DNA of 64,000 bases from a virus (Duplodnaviria > Caudoviricetes), in the IMG/VR virus record IMGVR_UViG_3300049792_000048, positions 32,001 to 96,000 of that record, one strand, 5' to 3'. Below, piece by piece: positions 56,401 to 63,998 of this stretch. Positions within the stretch are counted from its first letter, which is position 1. Each line of letters opens with the position of its first letter. A model generated the notes under the pieces. That model was not told the origin of the DNA. It made no database searches and was given only the letters and a program-made list of their open reading frames with translations. Position numbers and translations under genes: made by a program.

Positions 56401-56649
56401 GAAATCAATCGAACCGTGCTCAAGGGCCGGAAGCCGATCGAAGTGCGCCCGGTACTGAAGGCCACGGAGACCACGACCGCGCTGAAGCAGCACGACTGGA
56501 TGGCACGACTTCAGTCGAATCGCCTCCAGGAGCACATCATGACGGCGGCGGCTCTCAACGAGAAGTCCGACGTCCACGGCTTGCACCCAATCCCGGGCTT
56601 GGCGATGGGCAGCGAGTTCGGTAAAGGTCGTGGTGTAGCCAAGTACTGA
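50452..56649 (+). CDS. rpoBC: Two-barrel DNA-directed RNA polymerase, beta-beta' fusion in one polypeptide
   Basis: Beta motifs TPEG, NHED, GSKVSTRHSAKG, NPVSVPGRMNPGQILE; beta' motifs PVLPP.YRP, GKKQDY, RDPVLH, GGDIDGD, GARKG, RSPLKC..C..C, QAIGE. Confidence 0.95.
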   Translation: MLNTDPNRQYEDLKHRFLAEIQATFPVSDPKTGIEVRVKNLEVSDSTLGTDDIKGQMQARLTGRSYTAPVIADVEVVDRAGKPLVGRRMKIADIPKLTRHYTFIHGGQEKSVTNQWRLRPGAYVKATEKAGEFEAQFQLAKGRPFDVQMEPGSGYLFVKTGARKIPLYSVLKATGVTDDEMKKAWGDKNFDANLKKARYAQDLNSFYTAMKDANVPTGTDLPAAIVKYFSETKMDPAVTKTTLGKGFDQVSGEALLRASGKLIDVSAERVRPDPIDSLEFKELWTPADHFIERLRASKNDIHGRVLKSLGKKSTQEALSTGSTSILRDIVMPDLIQKPINHVFGITGLTSTPKQTNPVSMLADRSQTTIMGPGGIKSEHQVTLSNTSVDPSQLGFVDPVFTPEGSPGTTTHLTSGIVVRDRKPYTKLYNLKTGKIEELTPAEAAKAIVVLPDQITWHGGVPRAINEKVRVSNQHGDIEERPLKDAHYALISSTQVFSTETNLVPFMQNDAAGRTTMSARHMAQALSLTGREAPLVQVQAAPGASFEKRIGETFLSHKAPAAGFVTKVLADEIVVKDPAGREHSVHIYDHYPLNEKKTMLHSTPLVKVGDRVHTGQVLADHSFTKNGTLALGTNVRVAYLANGANHEDGIALSESAAKKMGTEHLLKPSFYVTDDHVIDKGRFVAHKGTAFQPTQYNHIGDDGVVKEGATVHPGDPLVLALREEKNPDTIDAKMLDRLTKKGRLDYTNAALTWDHEHTGEVVRVVRSGKNITVHVKTKEPMIVGSKVSTRHSAKGIVTQILPDNEMPYYMKNGKHEHVEMLINPVSVPGRMNPGQILETAAGKIAEKTGQPYIVKNFDGQTDYLKKIQNELKHHGLKETELLVDPKTDRKLGEVTVGPHYVFQLEHQIDKKTHVRHGGAYIKSTGMPHIQYDTNLVPRGGGESGAQSLGSLGIYGALAAGLRQNLGEMQTLKSDRPQAEALWAALANGRMIPPPQVPYVYSKFGALLQATGLNLEKKGSLLSLVPQTDAETLKWAGGKSGKVTEPSLTVAAKNMKPKSGGIFDPHIFGPDKQRWGYIELAAPMPNPIFADSISSLLGIQKQDIQKIISGEMKLNGKIGGEAIREGLAKINVDQKLKHYKAMIDDPKVKSSELNNAIFAYKSLRALKEHGKTPSEAYTMKLLPVLPPIYRPFQESAEGTDRIDPLNQLYRRLGMVNSSLEASKKEGIPDRRLLQAQGDLYQEMQNLFGTTPKGKKALDIDFQGNPVRGRFLPGILHTIAGDSPKDGFFQDKVIGKKQDYTARATIVADPGLGADEIGVPKKIAFELFRPVVGHRLVQMGYNPIQAQQEISKRSAVAEAALQREIEERPVLMKRDPVLHQYGIIGQKVKLTDSRAIKVSPLVLPPIGGDIDGDTVALLLPIQHAAVQEAYKLLPSNRSISASTGEVLFTPTNEAMLALYRMSLKKRETNQTFASSKEAEAAFVNNKVNLDDVITVGGHRTTLGRVRISHVVPEQYKTKVLTDIDTPISKKFVTDMLRQTAQHSPATFEPFTRNLTQLGFKMAFESGHTVRLSDLEPMRVERAKIIAAAKGRAEGKPDAERTQIWIDATKKLHETYDEHFKKHPTNISDMRASGIKAKKEQFQGLVIAPMLVENHLGHASKVPITRSFSEGIDVGGYFLQAAGARKGTIQKVDAVRDPGVLTKELIQSNIDSPITAMDCGTHSGISLGVNDRDLVDRYLASPVTAGGKTIPAGTVITPGLQQTFSKSGVTNLFVRSPLKCRMPHGICSTCMGKHPSGVNYDLGDNVGIMAAQAIGERAAQLMLKQTHNQGIVPTQRGAVDEFSTVERVFGVAKRSPVDAIIAPRAGLITRVEAQPQGGHKIRFAESKVDLYSRQPLLPHVKAGYRFQRGEQLSEGDPNLNMLLKTRGLEATQDHMVDRIGKIYEKEDVLRRHVELTVRNATSTVEVSDPGDHPTILRGDHMQFPMIEEINRTVLKGRKPIEVRPVLKATETTTALKQHDWMARLQSNRLQEHIMTAAALNEKSDVHGLHPIPGLAMGSEFGKGRGVAKY

Positions 56650-57215
56650 TGGCGAATCACCGTCGAGATGTTACTGGCCAGGAACTTGGCCACCTCACGG
56701 CGTTACACCCGACGGGGAAGACCACGCGCTACGGGGTGGTGTGGCTGATTCAGTGTCGATGCGGCAAGAAGATCAAGATGTCGTTGTCGGAGTTCGTACG
56801 GGGACACAACAAACACTACCCGCGAACCTGCGGGTGCGTGCGCAAGAGGATGCGTAGCTCGAAATACAAGGGCATCGGAGACCTCTCACACACACGTTGG
56901 AGGAACATCACGAAGACTGCTGACCGACGTGGGTATGAGATCGGCATCACGATATCTGGTGCCTGGAAGCTTTTCGAGAAGCAAAAAGGTCTATGTGCTC
57001 TGACCGGTCTTCCGATTCAGCTTGCACCGACCACGATGAAGGCCGGAACCTCTACTGCATCGCTAGATCGCATCGACAGCAAGAAGGGCTATATCAAGGG
57101 CAACGTGCAGTGGGTTCACCGCGACATCAACTTCATGAAGCAGGCATTCCCGCAAGATGTCTTCGTGGAGTGGTGCGTCCGTGTCGCTCGACATAGCCAT
57201 AGGGGACGTCGATGA
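56649..57215 (+). CDS. HNH-type free-standing (homing-type) endonuclease
   Basis: WLIQCRCG...TCGC; CALTG...SLDRIDSKKGYIKGNVQWV...NFMK. Confidence 0.8.
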   Translation: MANHRRDVTGQELGHLTALHPTGKTTRYGVVWLIQCRCGKKIKMSLSEFVRGHNKHYPRTCGCVRKRMRSSKYKGIGDLSHTRWRNITKTADRRGYEIGITISGAWKLFEKQKGLCALTGLPIQLAPTTMKAGTSTASLDRIDSKKGYIKGNVQWVHRDINFMKQAFPQDVFVEWCVRVARHSHRGRR

Positions 57216-58312
57216 GCGACGGGCACTACAGCGCTAGCGGTCCCTCGACGGACGCCTTCTTCCCCGCCGTCATCGAGGAAGCGATGGTGACGAACGTCAA
57301 CAAGGCGAACTTCACTGTCAGCGTCGTCACACGTCACACCCAGAAGCCGTTTCAAGACCTTCAGTGCGCTCTGCCATACTTCCACAACGAGAACGGTGAG
57401 GGCATCTACTTCCTCCCCGAGGTTGGGGCTCGCTGCCAGATCTTCCGAGGCAACGACACTACGCCGCCGTTCATCCTCGGCTTCATCGCAATCCCGTCGG
57501 TCATCGAGAGCGACGACGGTACCCCTACCCGAAGCACGTCCGCGGGTGGGAGCACGACCGATGTCTCGTTCCGTGGGCGGCGGCTCGACATCCAGCCCGG
57601 AGACATCTTCATGACGACGCGAGATGAGAACTTCATCTTGCTTCGTCGTGGTGGTGTTCTTCAGCTCGGCTCTACGGAGCTTGCGCAGCGCATCTACATC
57701 CCGATCAACAACTACGTCCGCGACTTCGCGGAGAACTACACGATGGACACCTTTGGCGGGAACATCCGCTGGACGGTGGAACGCCAAGAGAACGATCCGG
57801 GAGGTGATGCTCCCGCGTCGTATGTCTTCCACATGAACGAACATGCGCAGGACGAGAAGGCCTCGTTCCGCATCCGACACTTCCCGCTCCGAGGTCCCGC
57901 AGGAGGCGATGCCCAGGTCTGGGAGATCATGGTTGCATCGCAGGGCATCAATACGGAGACGGGCGAGGTCACGAGCGCCACGTACAGCATGCTCTTGAAA
58001 ATGGACGGCACGAAGACCGAGATGATTGGGGCGAACTACTCGCTTCGTGTGAAGGGCAACTACGACGTTCAAGTAGATGGTGATCTCACCATGAAGGCCA
58101 ACGGCAAGGCACGTGTCGAAGGCGGCTCCGAGGCTCGGGTGAAGGCCACTCAGGTCATCCTCGACGGTGATGTCGTCGCTGGCGGAGCTGGGGCCACTGA
58201 ACCGGGCGTGCTGGGCACCCAGCTCATGACGTACCTGACCACTCTCGGTAGTGCCGCAGGCGTGGGACCGCCCCCTCCCACGATCTTGGCGCAGAAGTTC
58301 AAGCTTCTCTGA
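57212..58312 (+). CDS. Baseplate spike/hub protein (gp5/gpV-like)
   Basis: OB-fold-like YFLPEVGARC...ILGF; beta-helix-like VKGNYDVQVDGDLTMKANG; C-terminal VLG..L...L. Confidence 0.7.
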   Translation: MSDGHYSASGPSTDAFFPAVIEEAMVTNVNKANFTVSVVTRHTQKPFQDLQCALPYFHNENGEGIYFLPEVGARCQIFRGNDTTPPFILGFIAIPSVIESDDGTPTRSTSAGGSTTDVSFRGRRLDIQPGDIFMTTRDENFILLRRGGVLQLGSTELAQRIYIPINNYVRDFAENYTMDTFGGNIRWTVERQENDPGGDAPASYVFHMNEHAQDEKASFRIRHFPLRGPAGGDAQVWEIMVASQGINTETGEVTSATYSMLLKMDGTKTEMIGANYSLRVKGNYDVQVDGDLTMKANGKARVEGGSEARVKATQVILDGDVVAGGAGATEPGVLGTQLMTYLTTLGSAAGVGPPPPTILAQKFKLL

Positions 58313-58342
58313 AGGCAGCTCTCCTCCTGAACACGTTTTCGA

Positions 58343-58351
58343 TGTTAGGAT
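58343..58351 (+). promoter_or_regulatory. Putative extended -10 (TGtTAGGAT), leaderless
   Basis: 7 nt before ATG 58359. Confidence 0.5.
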
Positions 58352-58358
58352 GCACACC

Positions 58359-60437
58359 ATGGACCTCTTCACGAACGTCGCCCCCATCTTCCAGGACAAG
58401 GTCGCTGCCGTCCCGCTCGACGAGGATGCGGCGAAGTGGGGGCCGCAGATCCTCCAGGAGCTCTTCCGCCAGGTCCCCGAGGCCTCGGAGTACAACCCGC
58501 AGGTCGTGATGCTCCGGCAGGACGATGAGCAGGGCTTCGCTCTCGGAGTCATCGTCATCTCGGGACAGACGGACTCCGCCCTCTCGATGGCCGGCAACGA
58601 GCAGCCGACGTCGAAGAAGGCGTTGATTCCCGTGATCATCAAGAATACCGAGCTGTGTCCGCTCGATATCGTGATGACGCAGGACAAGCGCGTGTACCCG
58701 CTCAACGGCATCCGTCTCCGCGAAGCGTTGTTCCGCCCGAACACCTTCGACATGATGACGGACGACTCGGGCGACCAGAGTCTCTACTCGATGTTCTATC
58801 CGCCGGGACGCTCCTCGAACTCCCCCGGCTCGGGCTTCAGTGGCGGCGCAGGTGACAGCGTCAACTACGTCATGGGTCCGGGCATGAAGTCAGCCTCGAA
58901 GGTCGCCGCGGCCGTCGAGGAGTCGCTGCTGCATCGCATCGCGCCGACGCTGTCACAGGCCGACCTCGACATGCTCGGTGAGAAGATCTCGTCGCTGGGT
59001 CTGGAATCGCAGCTCAAGGAGAACCCGGCCTTCCTCGCGGTCGTGTCGCACCTGGCCAACTTCGATGGCCGTCTCCTCACGGAGGGGGATGCCGATCTTC
59101 TCATCGACAAGGCCGCCAGCTACGCCCCGATCGAGGTCGCTCAGTTCGGCTGGGACGAGGCACGCAGCACGTACTGGATGAAGACGGCGTCGCGCTCGAT
59201 CTTCGGCCTCAGCCGCGACGACATCGATCGTGGGCAGATGCTGAAGTTCGCGGGCCCCGAGCTCACGAAGAAGGTCGACACCGAAGGCACCGTCACCGTC
59301 TCCGAGCCGGCGAAGGACACTGCTCCTCTCGACACGACGAACGACCGCTGGGAGGTCATCGAGAAGCCGGGCGTCTATCGCGTCCGCGACATCAACGGGC
59401 AGGAGATGATGGGTTGGGTTCTCCCCTCGCTCGTCGACTTCGATGGCACCCGCGTTCCGATGGCCGTGTTCACGAACGGTGCGACGGCTGCGGTCCAGGG
59501 CTCGATCATCGGCGCGAAGATCTCGGACGCCTCGATGGGCCTTCCCGAGGACAAGCCGACGGGTTCGGGTCTCTTCTACGTGGTGACCCCCAGTGGCATC
59601 GAGGCGACCGTGCCGTTCAAGATCGAGGGCCGTGAGGCTTCGATGGATGGTGGCGACCTCGTCCACGTCACCACGCTCACCGGGCAGCCTCACACGGTCC
59701 GTCTCGTCCCGGGGCTTCAGCACATGATGCCCGGGGAGCAGGAGTGCTCGCTGCCTGCCTCGGCACGCTTCCTCGCACTGAACAAGGAGACGGCGGTGCC
59801 CCTCGTCGATGACCTCGAAGCGGCCAAGACCTCGGCTCTCAGCCAGCCGTTCATCGCCCTTCGTCACGGTGGCGACGTCATCGACCTCACCTTTCACAAG
59901 CTGCCGGGGTTCGAGGCTACGGTCCCGAAGCTCGCCTCGATCGAGGACACCATCTTCGTGCTCTGTGCTGCTGGCATGACTCCGCTGAAGGCGCACGAGA
60001 TCATCAAGCATGCCTCGCACACGATGCGCACCGAGCACGTGATCGGCGTGCACGACGTCCGCACGGTCGAGACGTTCATGCAGGACATCGAGAAGACGGC
60101 GTCCGAGAAGGTCGCGCAGGTCCGTGCTCTCCGGCAGGACCTCATCAAGGAAGCTTCGGTGCTGCCCGACATCCAGACCGTCGACAGCGTCCTCTCGCTC
60201 AACTTCCTGAATCCCGAGAATCTGCGGGTGTACGTCGGCAAGCTGCCGTACCTCGATCGAGCGCTCAACACCGTCTGCGAGCTCACGCTGTTCTCTCGCC
60301 TCGGTATGACCGAGGTTCCGGAGACGGCTGCGGCTCGTGCGGCTCGTGCGCTCGACGAGGTCATCCAGGGCCTCAAGGGCCTCGCGATGCGCACCGCAGA
60401 TGCCGACGGGACGCCGTCGGCTGCTGCCGCATCGTGA
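58359..60437 (+). CDS. Putative head-associated protein rich in K-x-A motifs
   Basis: Start moved to ATG 58359; about 12 of 31 Lys are in K-x-A; strong codon bias. Confidence 0.65.
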   Translation: MDLFTNVAPIFQDKVAAVPLDEDAAKWGPQILQELFRQVPEASEYNPQVVMLRQDDEQGFALGVIVISGQTDSALSMAGNEQPTSKKALIPVIIKNTELCPLDIVMTQDKRVYPLNGIRLREALFRPNTFDMMTDDSGDQSLYSMFYPPGRSSNSPGSGFSGGAGDSVNYVMGPGMKSASKVAAAVEESLLHRIAPTLSQADLDMLGEKISSLGLESQLKENPAFLAVVSHLANFDGRLLTEGDADLLIDKAASYAPIEVAQFGWDEARSTYWMKTASRSIFGLSRDDIDRGQMLKFAGPELTKKVDTEGTVTVSEPAKDTAPLDTTNDRWEVIEKPGVYRVRDINGQEMMGWVLPSLVDFDGTRVPMAVFTNGATAAVQGSIIGAKISDASMGLPEDKPTGSGLFYVVTPSGIEATVPFKIEGREASMDGGDLVHVTTLTGQPHTVRLVPGLQHMMPGEQECSLPASARFLALNKETAVPLVDDLEAAKTSALSQPFIALRHGGDVIDLTFHKLPGFEATVPKLASIEDTIFVLCAAGMTPLKAHEIIKHASHTMRTEHVIGVHDVRTVETFMQDIEKTASEKVAQVRALRQDLIKEASVLPDIQTVDSVLSLNFLNPENLRVYVGKLPYLDRALNTVCELTLFSRLGMTEVPETAAARAARALDEVIQGLKGLAMRTADADGTPSAAAAS

Positions 60438-60440
60438 AAC

Positions 60441-61340
60441 ATGAACATCAACATCGAACACCCAGCCCGCAACTACATCGCCTTCCTCCTCTCGCAACGC
60501 CGCTTCAAGGTCAATGAGCTGGTCGCCCAGCTCATGCGCCAGAACATGCCGGTGCCACGGGAGGAGAAGGTGCTCAGCGCCTTCATGGAGATCCTCCAGC
60601 TTGCGCAGCGTGGTCTTCAGTTCCCGGCGGGCTACGACCCCACCAACCTGAAGCACCAGCCGACGTCGCTGTTCCTGCACGCCCACCGCATCTATGACCT
60701 GTGGGCACGGGAACCCCACGTCATGTTTGCAATCGACATCCTGGACCAGCCTTCAGTTCGTCGAGAGCTGGAGATCATGCTGCTCGGTCCGCTCAACTAC
60801 CGCGACATCGCCAAGCGCCTCGCGATCGGACATGGTCTCGACCCCGAGGTGATGAACATCTCGACCGTCCGCTACTACGCTCACTACTTCTGGAACATCG
60901 AAGCAGTGCCGATGACGAAGTGGCCGATCCTGTTGGAGGGCATGCCCAACTCCATCGACTACTCGACGGTGTTCCTCGCTCCCCGCAGCCAGGTCGGTGC
61001 TGCGCTGAGTGTGTTCATCGCGTCACGTGGTGCCGGTGGCGTCCCCAAGGAATCGATCATGTTCCGGTACGTCCGGGACACCTCCTTCATGGAGTTCATC
61101 AAGCTGACGGCCACCCGCTATCCCGGCATGCAGAAGGCGACTGCGATGCAGGCGCTGGTGAACAGCCTCATCGCTGCTCAAGAGCAGGTCGACATGCGTC
61201 GTGGTGGTAGCGCCGAGCTCCTCGATGAGCTCCGGAAGATGGACACCAAGTTCGATCCCAAGCGCCTGACAAGCGTCGAGGAACTGCCCCTCTACAACAT
61301 GTTGGAGGCGCAAAACACAGAAAAGGGAAATGCGTCATGA
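60441..61340 (+). CDS. Hypothetical protein
   Basis: 299-aa helical ORF upstream of the terminase. Confidence 0.7.
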   Translation: MNINIEHPARNYIAFLLSQRRFKVNELVAQLMRQNMPVPREEKVLSAFMEILQLAQRGLQFPAGYDPTNLKHQPTSLFLHAHRIYDLWAREPHVMFAIDILDQPSVRRELEIMLLGPLNYRDIAKRLAIGHGLDPEVMNISTVRYYAHYFWNIEAVPMTKWPILLEGMPNSIDYSTVFLAPRSQVGAALSVFIASRGAGGVPKESIMFRYVRDTSFMEFIKLTATRYPGMQKATAMQALVNSLIAAQEQVDMRRGGSAELLDELRKMDTKFDPKRLTSVEELPLYNMLEAQNTEKGNAS

Positions 61341-61729
61341 CGAACCCCGCAACCGACGAGATCAAGAATATCGCGCAGCTCAGCGAGGAGGAGCGCATCC
61401 GCCCCGACCTCCCGGAGATGCAGGCGATCGCCCGGCCCCGCTACACCATGGAGTGGGGCGTCCGGGAGCGTGACAACGCGTTGGTCATCCACATCTTCCC
61501 GCAGATCGAAGGCGACAACGTCGCCGACAAGTGGGACGAGACGTACGCGATGGACAAGCGGCTCGACTACGCCATCCCGCAGATGTTCGAGGTCCCCAAC
61601 GTCCACGCCGGGTTCGAGGCCGAGTTCAACTCGTTCTTCATCATCGTCCAGGGCGTGATCGCGCCGGACCTGCGTCTGCTCGTCCAGCGGTTCCTGGAGC
61701 AGATCGAGGGGGCTCCGGTCTCTCACTGA
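61337..61729 (+). CDS. Hypothetical protein
   Basis: AAGGGA RBS; ATGA overlap. Confidence 0.7.
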   Translation: MTNPATDEIKNIAQLSEEERIRPDLPEMQAIARPRYTMEWGVRERDNALVIHIFPQIEGDNVADKWDETYAMDKRLDYAIPQMFEVPNVHAGFEAEFNSFFIIVQGVIAPDLRLLVQRFLEQIEGAPVSH

Positions 61730-61911
61730 GTCGAAGCACGAACGGCTTCGGGAAATGAATCTCGAAGCGGGTGTGGTGGTACTTGTTGTTCTGCTTTACG
61801 TAGTTCCGGAGAGCATCCTTGAGCTCCGGAGAATGTGAGCGGGACGTACGGTGCCACACACCTTCTGTAGTCGTGGCAGACTGAACGACGAGGGCATCGA
61901 GTGCCTTCAGG

Positions 61912-63756
61912 ATGGTTCCAGAGATGGCGGTCAGGGTTGGCTTCGACGAAGATGAAGATCGTGACATGGCCGTTGAGTACGGTGTACGTGTTAGCGACCT
62001 GGAGTACAAGCTGGCCCAGGCGAAACAGGCCAAGACCGGGAGGATCCAGCTCCTGACATCCGAGTGGGTCACCGCCTTCATCCGCATCAAGGATGGCGAC
62101 ACCGGCGCCGCAGTCCCTCTCGTGTTTGACGAGCGCAAGTACCTCAAGCGCATCTACGACACTCCCGCCCGCAAGGTGCTGCTCTTCACGAGCCGTCAGA
62201 CCGAGAAGTCGACGACGATCGGCAACCGCATCTTCGGCCGTGCCGGCATGCGCCCCGGGCACACGTCGCTGTTCGTGTCTCCCTCGGCGATGCAGACGGC
62301 CGTCTTCTCGAAGACACGCCTGAACGAGATCATCGACATCAGCCCGCTCATCAAGGCGCAGACCCACGAGGCGCTCACGAACAACCTGTTCGAGAAGCAC
62401 TTCGCGAATGGCTCGAAGATCTACCTCCGGTACGCCTTCCTCACTGCCGACCGTATCCGTGGTCTGTCCGTGAACGATCTCTTCCTCGACGAGATTCAGG
62501 ACTTGGTCTCGACGACCATGCCCGTCATTGAAGAGACGACGTCCCACCACCAGGACACCTTGTTCGTGTACTCGGGAACTCCCAAGAGCATGGACAACAA
62601 CATCCACCACTACTGGGCGGACAACTCGACCGCCAGTGAGTGGTGCATTCCGTGTGAGCACCATGGTCTGCCGAACATGCCGGCGACCTGGCACTGGAAC
62701 ATCCTCAGTGAGAAGAACCTGGGCAAGGATGGCCCCATCTGTGACCGCTGCGGGCACGCCATCAATCCCGAGCACCCGTACGCTCGCTGGGTGGAGATGC
62801 AGAAGCTCGACAACGAGCGCATCACCTTCGAGGGCTACCGCGTCTGTCGTCTGATGGTGCCCTGGTTCTGGAAGTCGCCCAAGAAGTGGAAGGAGATCCT
62901 CGCCGCCCGAGAGCGCTACCCCACGGCGCAGTTCATGAACGAGGTCCTTGCGATCTCCTACGACTCCGCCTCGAAGCCGATCTCCAAGCTGGAGCTCATC
63001 CAGACCTGCGAGCCGAAGATCGAGAACAATCTGGAGACGGCGTACAAAATCGCCCAGAACAACACCACGTTCTTCGGCATCGATTGGGGCAGTGGCGAGC
63101 GAGCCTTCACCGTGCTCACGATGGGTGCCTACTGTCGGGACGACGCCGCTTTCCAGATCTTCTTCATGATGCGTTTCGTCGGCCCGCTGACGGACCCGAT
63201 CGCACAGATGGATGAGATAGAGTCCCTCGTCACACGCTTCCGTCCAAAGTATGTAGGCACCGACTTCGGCTTCGGCTTCTACCAGAACAAGCGTCTGCTC
63301 TCGAAGTTCGGCATGCAGCGGATCTTCCCGTTCGAGTATGCGGCCCGCTTGAACATGAAGCTGAAGTATGTCCCGAAGCTTCACCGCACCGTTGCGTTCC
63401 GTACCCCACTCATGTCGGACATGTTCGTGGCGCTGAAGCGTCGTAAGGTGCGTCTACCGAAGTGGTCCACGATCGAGCGGCCGTACGGTGACGACTTCTT
63501 GAACATCCATGCCGAGGACTCCGACAACCTTCGGATGATCAAGTACGACAAGCCGAAGGGGAAGACTGACGACTCCTTTCACGCCTCCCTGTACTGTTTG
63601 CTCGCGTCCATGTTGGAGCACAAGCGTCCCGACATCATCGCTCCCTTCAAGGAAGAGGAAGAGTCGCGGCTCGCTGGCTATGTCAGTGACGATGCTTACG
63701 ACGGGGAGATCCCCTACTCGTACGGCGACCCAGGCGACGGCTTCAACAACACCTAG
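61912..63756 (+). CDS. terL: Terminase large subunit
   Basis: SRQTEKST (Walker A), RIRG, LFLDEIQD, SGTPK, GIDWG, DDSFHA; start uncertain (61912, 61924 or 61966). Confidence 0.9.
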   Translation: MVPEMAVRVGFDEDEDRDMAVEYGVRVSDLEYKLAQAKQAKTGRIQLLTSEWVTAFIRIKDGDTGAAVPLVFDERKYLKRIYDTPARKVLLFTSRQTEKSTTIGNRIFGRAGMRPGHTSLFVSPSAMQTAVFSKTRLNEIIDISPLIKAQTHEALTNNLFEKHFANGSKIYLRYAFLTADRIRGLSVNDLFLDEIQDLVSTTMPVIEETTSHHQDTLFVYSGTPKSMDNNIHHYWADNSTASEWCIPCEHHGLPNMPATWHWNILSEKNLGKDGPICDRCGHAINPEHPYARWVEMQKLDNERITFEGYRVCRLMVPWFWKSPKKWKEILAARERYPTAQFMNEVLAISYDSASKPISKLELIQTCEPKIENNLETAYKIAQNNTTFFGIDWGSGERAFTVLTMGAYCRDDAAFQIFFMMRFVGPLTDPIAQMDEIESLVTRFRPKYVGTDFGFGFYQNKRLLSKFGMQRIFPFEYAARLNMKLKYVPKLHRTVAFRTPLMSDMFVALKRRKVRLPKWSTIERPYGDDFLNIHAEDSDNLRMIKYDKPKGKTDDSFHASLYCLLASMLEHKRPDIIAPFKEEEESRLAGYVSDDAYDGEIPYSYGDPGDGFNNT

Positions 63757-63758
63757 GC

Positions 63759-63797
63759 AAAAGAAAAGGGACAGTGCTTTCGCACCATCCCTCTTCA
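63759..63797. terminator. Imperfect hairpin terminator between convergent genes
   Basis: GGGA.AGTGC-TTTC-GCAC..TCCC preceded by an A run (U tract on the minus strand). Confidence 0.55.
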
Positions 63798-63800
63798 GAC

Positions 63801-63998
63801 CTACTGCGGGCTCTTCCGCGTCGGGTGCGCCGCCGCGTTCATCGCCGCCTCGCGCCGCGCGAGGTAGCCACGCACGCTCTGCACGCCCTGGTAGCCACCG
63901 TAGCCGACCGCCACGAGGGCGCCCGTCACGCGCACGGCCGGGAGCGCACGCTTCAGCAGGGTGTCCGCCTGCACGATGAGCTTGCCGAACGTCGACAC
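63801..63998 (-). CDS. Small hypothetical protein, possibly truncated by the window edge
   Basis: ORF ends just before the terminator; hydrophobic VTGALVAVGYGG. Confidence 0.55.
   Translation of the reverse strand: MSTFGKLIVQADTLLKRALPAVRVTGALVAVGYGGYQGVQSVRGYLARREAAMNAAAHPTRKSPQ

Noticed and set aside
50452-56649. Interpreting the RNAP as a host chromosomal rpoBC
   Set aside because: There are no ribosomal protein neighbours, the motifs are highly divergent and shortened, and the flanks are phage genes.
61325-61331. In-frame slippery heptamer G GGA AAT that could fuse ORFs 60441 and 61337
   Set aside because: It doubles as the SD of an ordinary ATGA-coupled start, so no frameshift is needed; not fully excluded.
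61641-61860. Possible minus-strand small ORF (ELKDALRNYVKQNNKYHHTRFEIHFPKPF) in the gap before terL
   Set aside because: Codon usage is plausible, but there is no clear start or RBS and it overlaps the convergent gene by about 90 nt.
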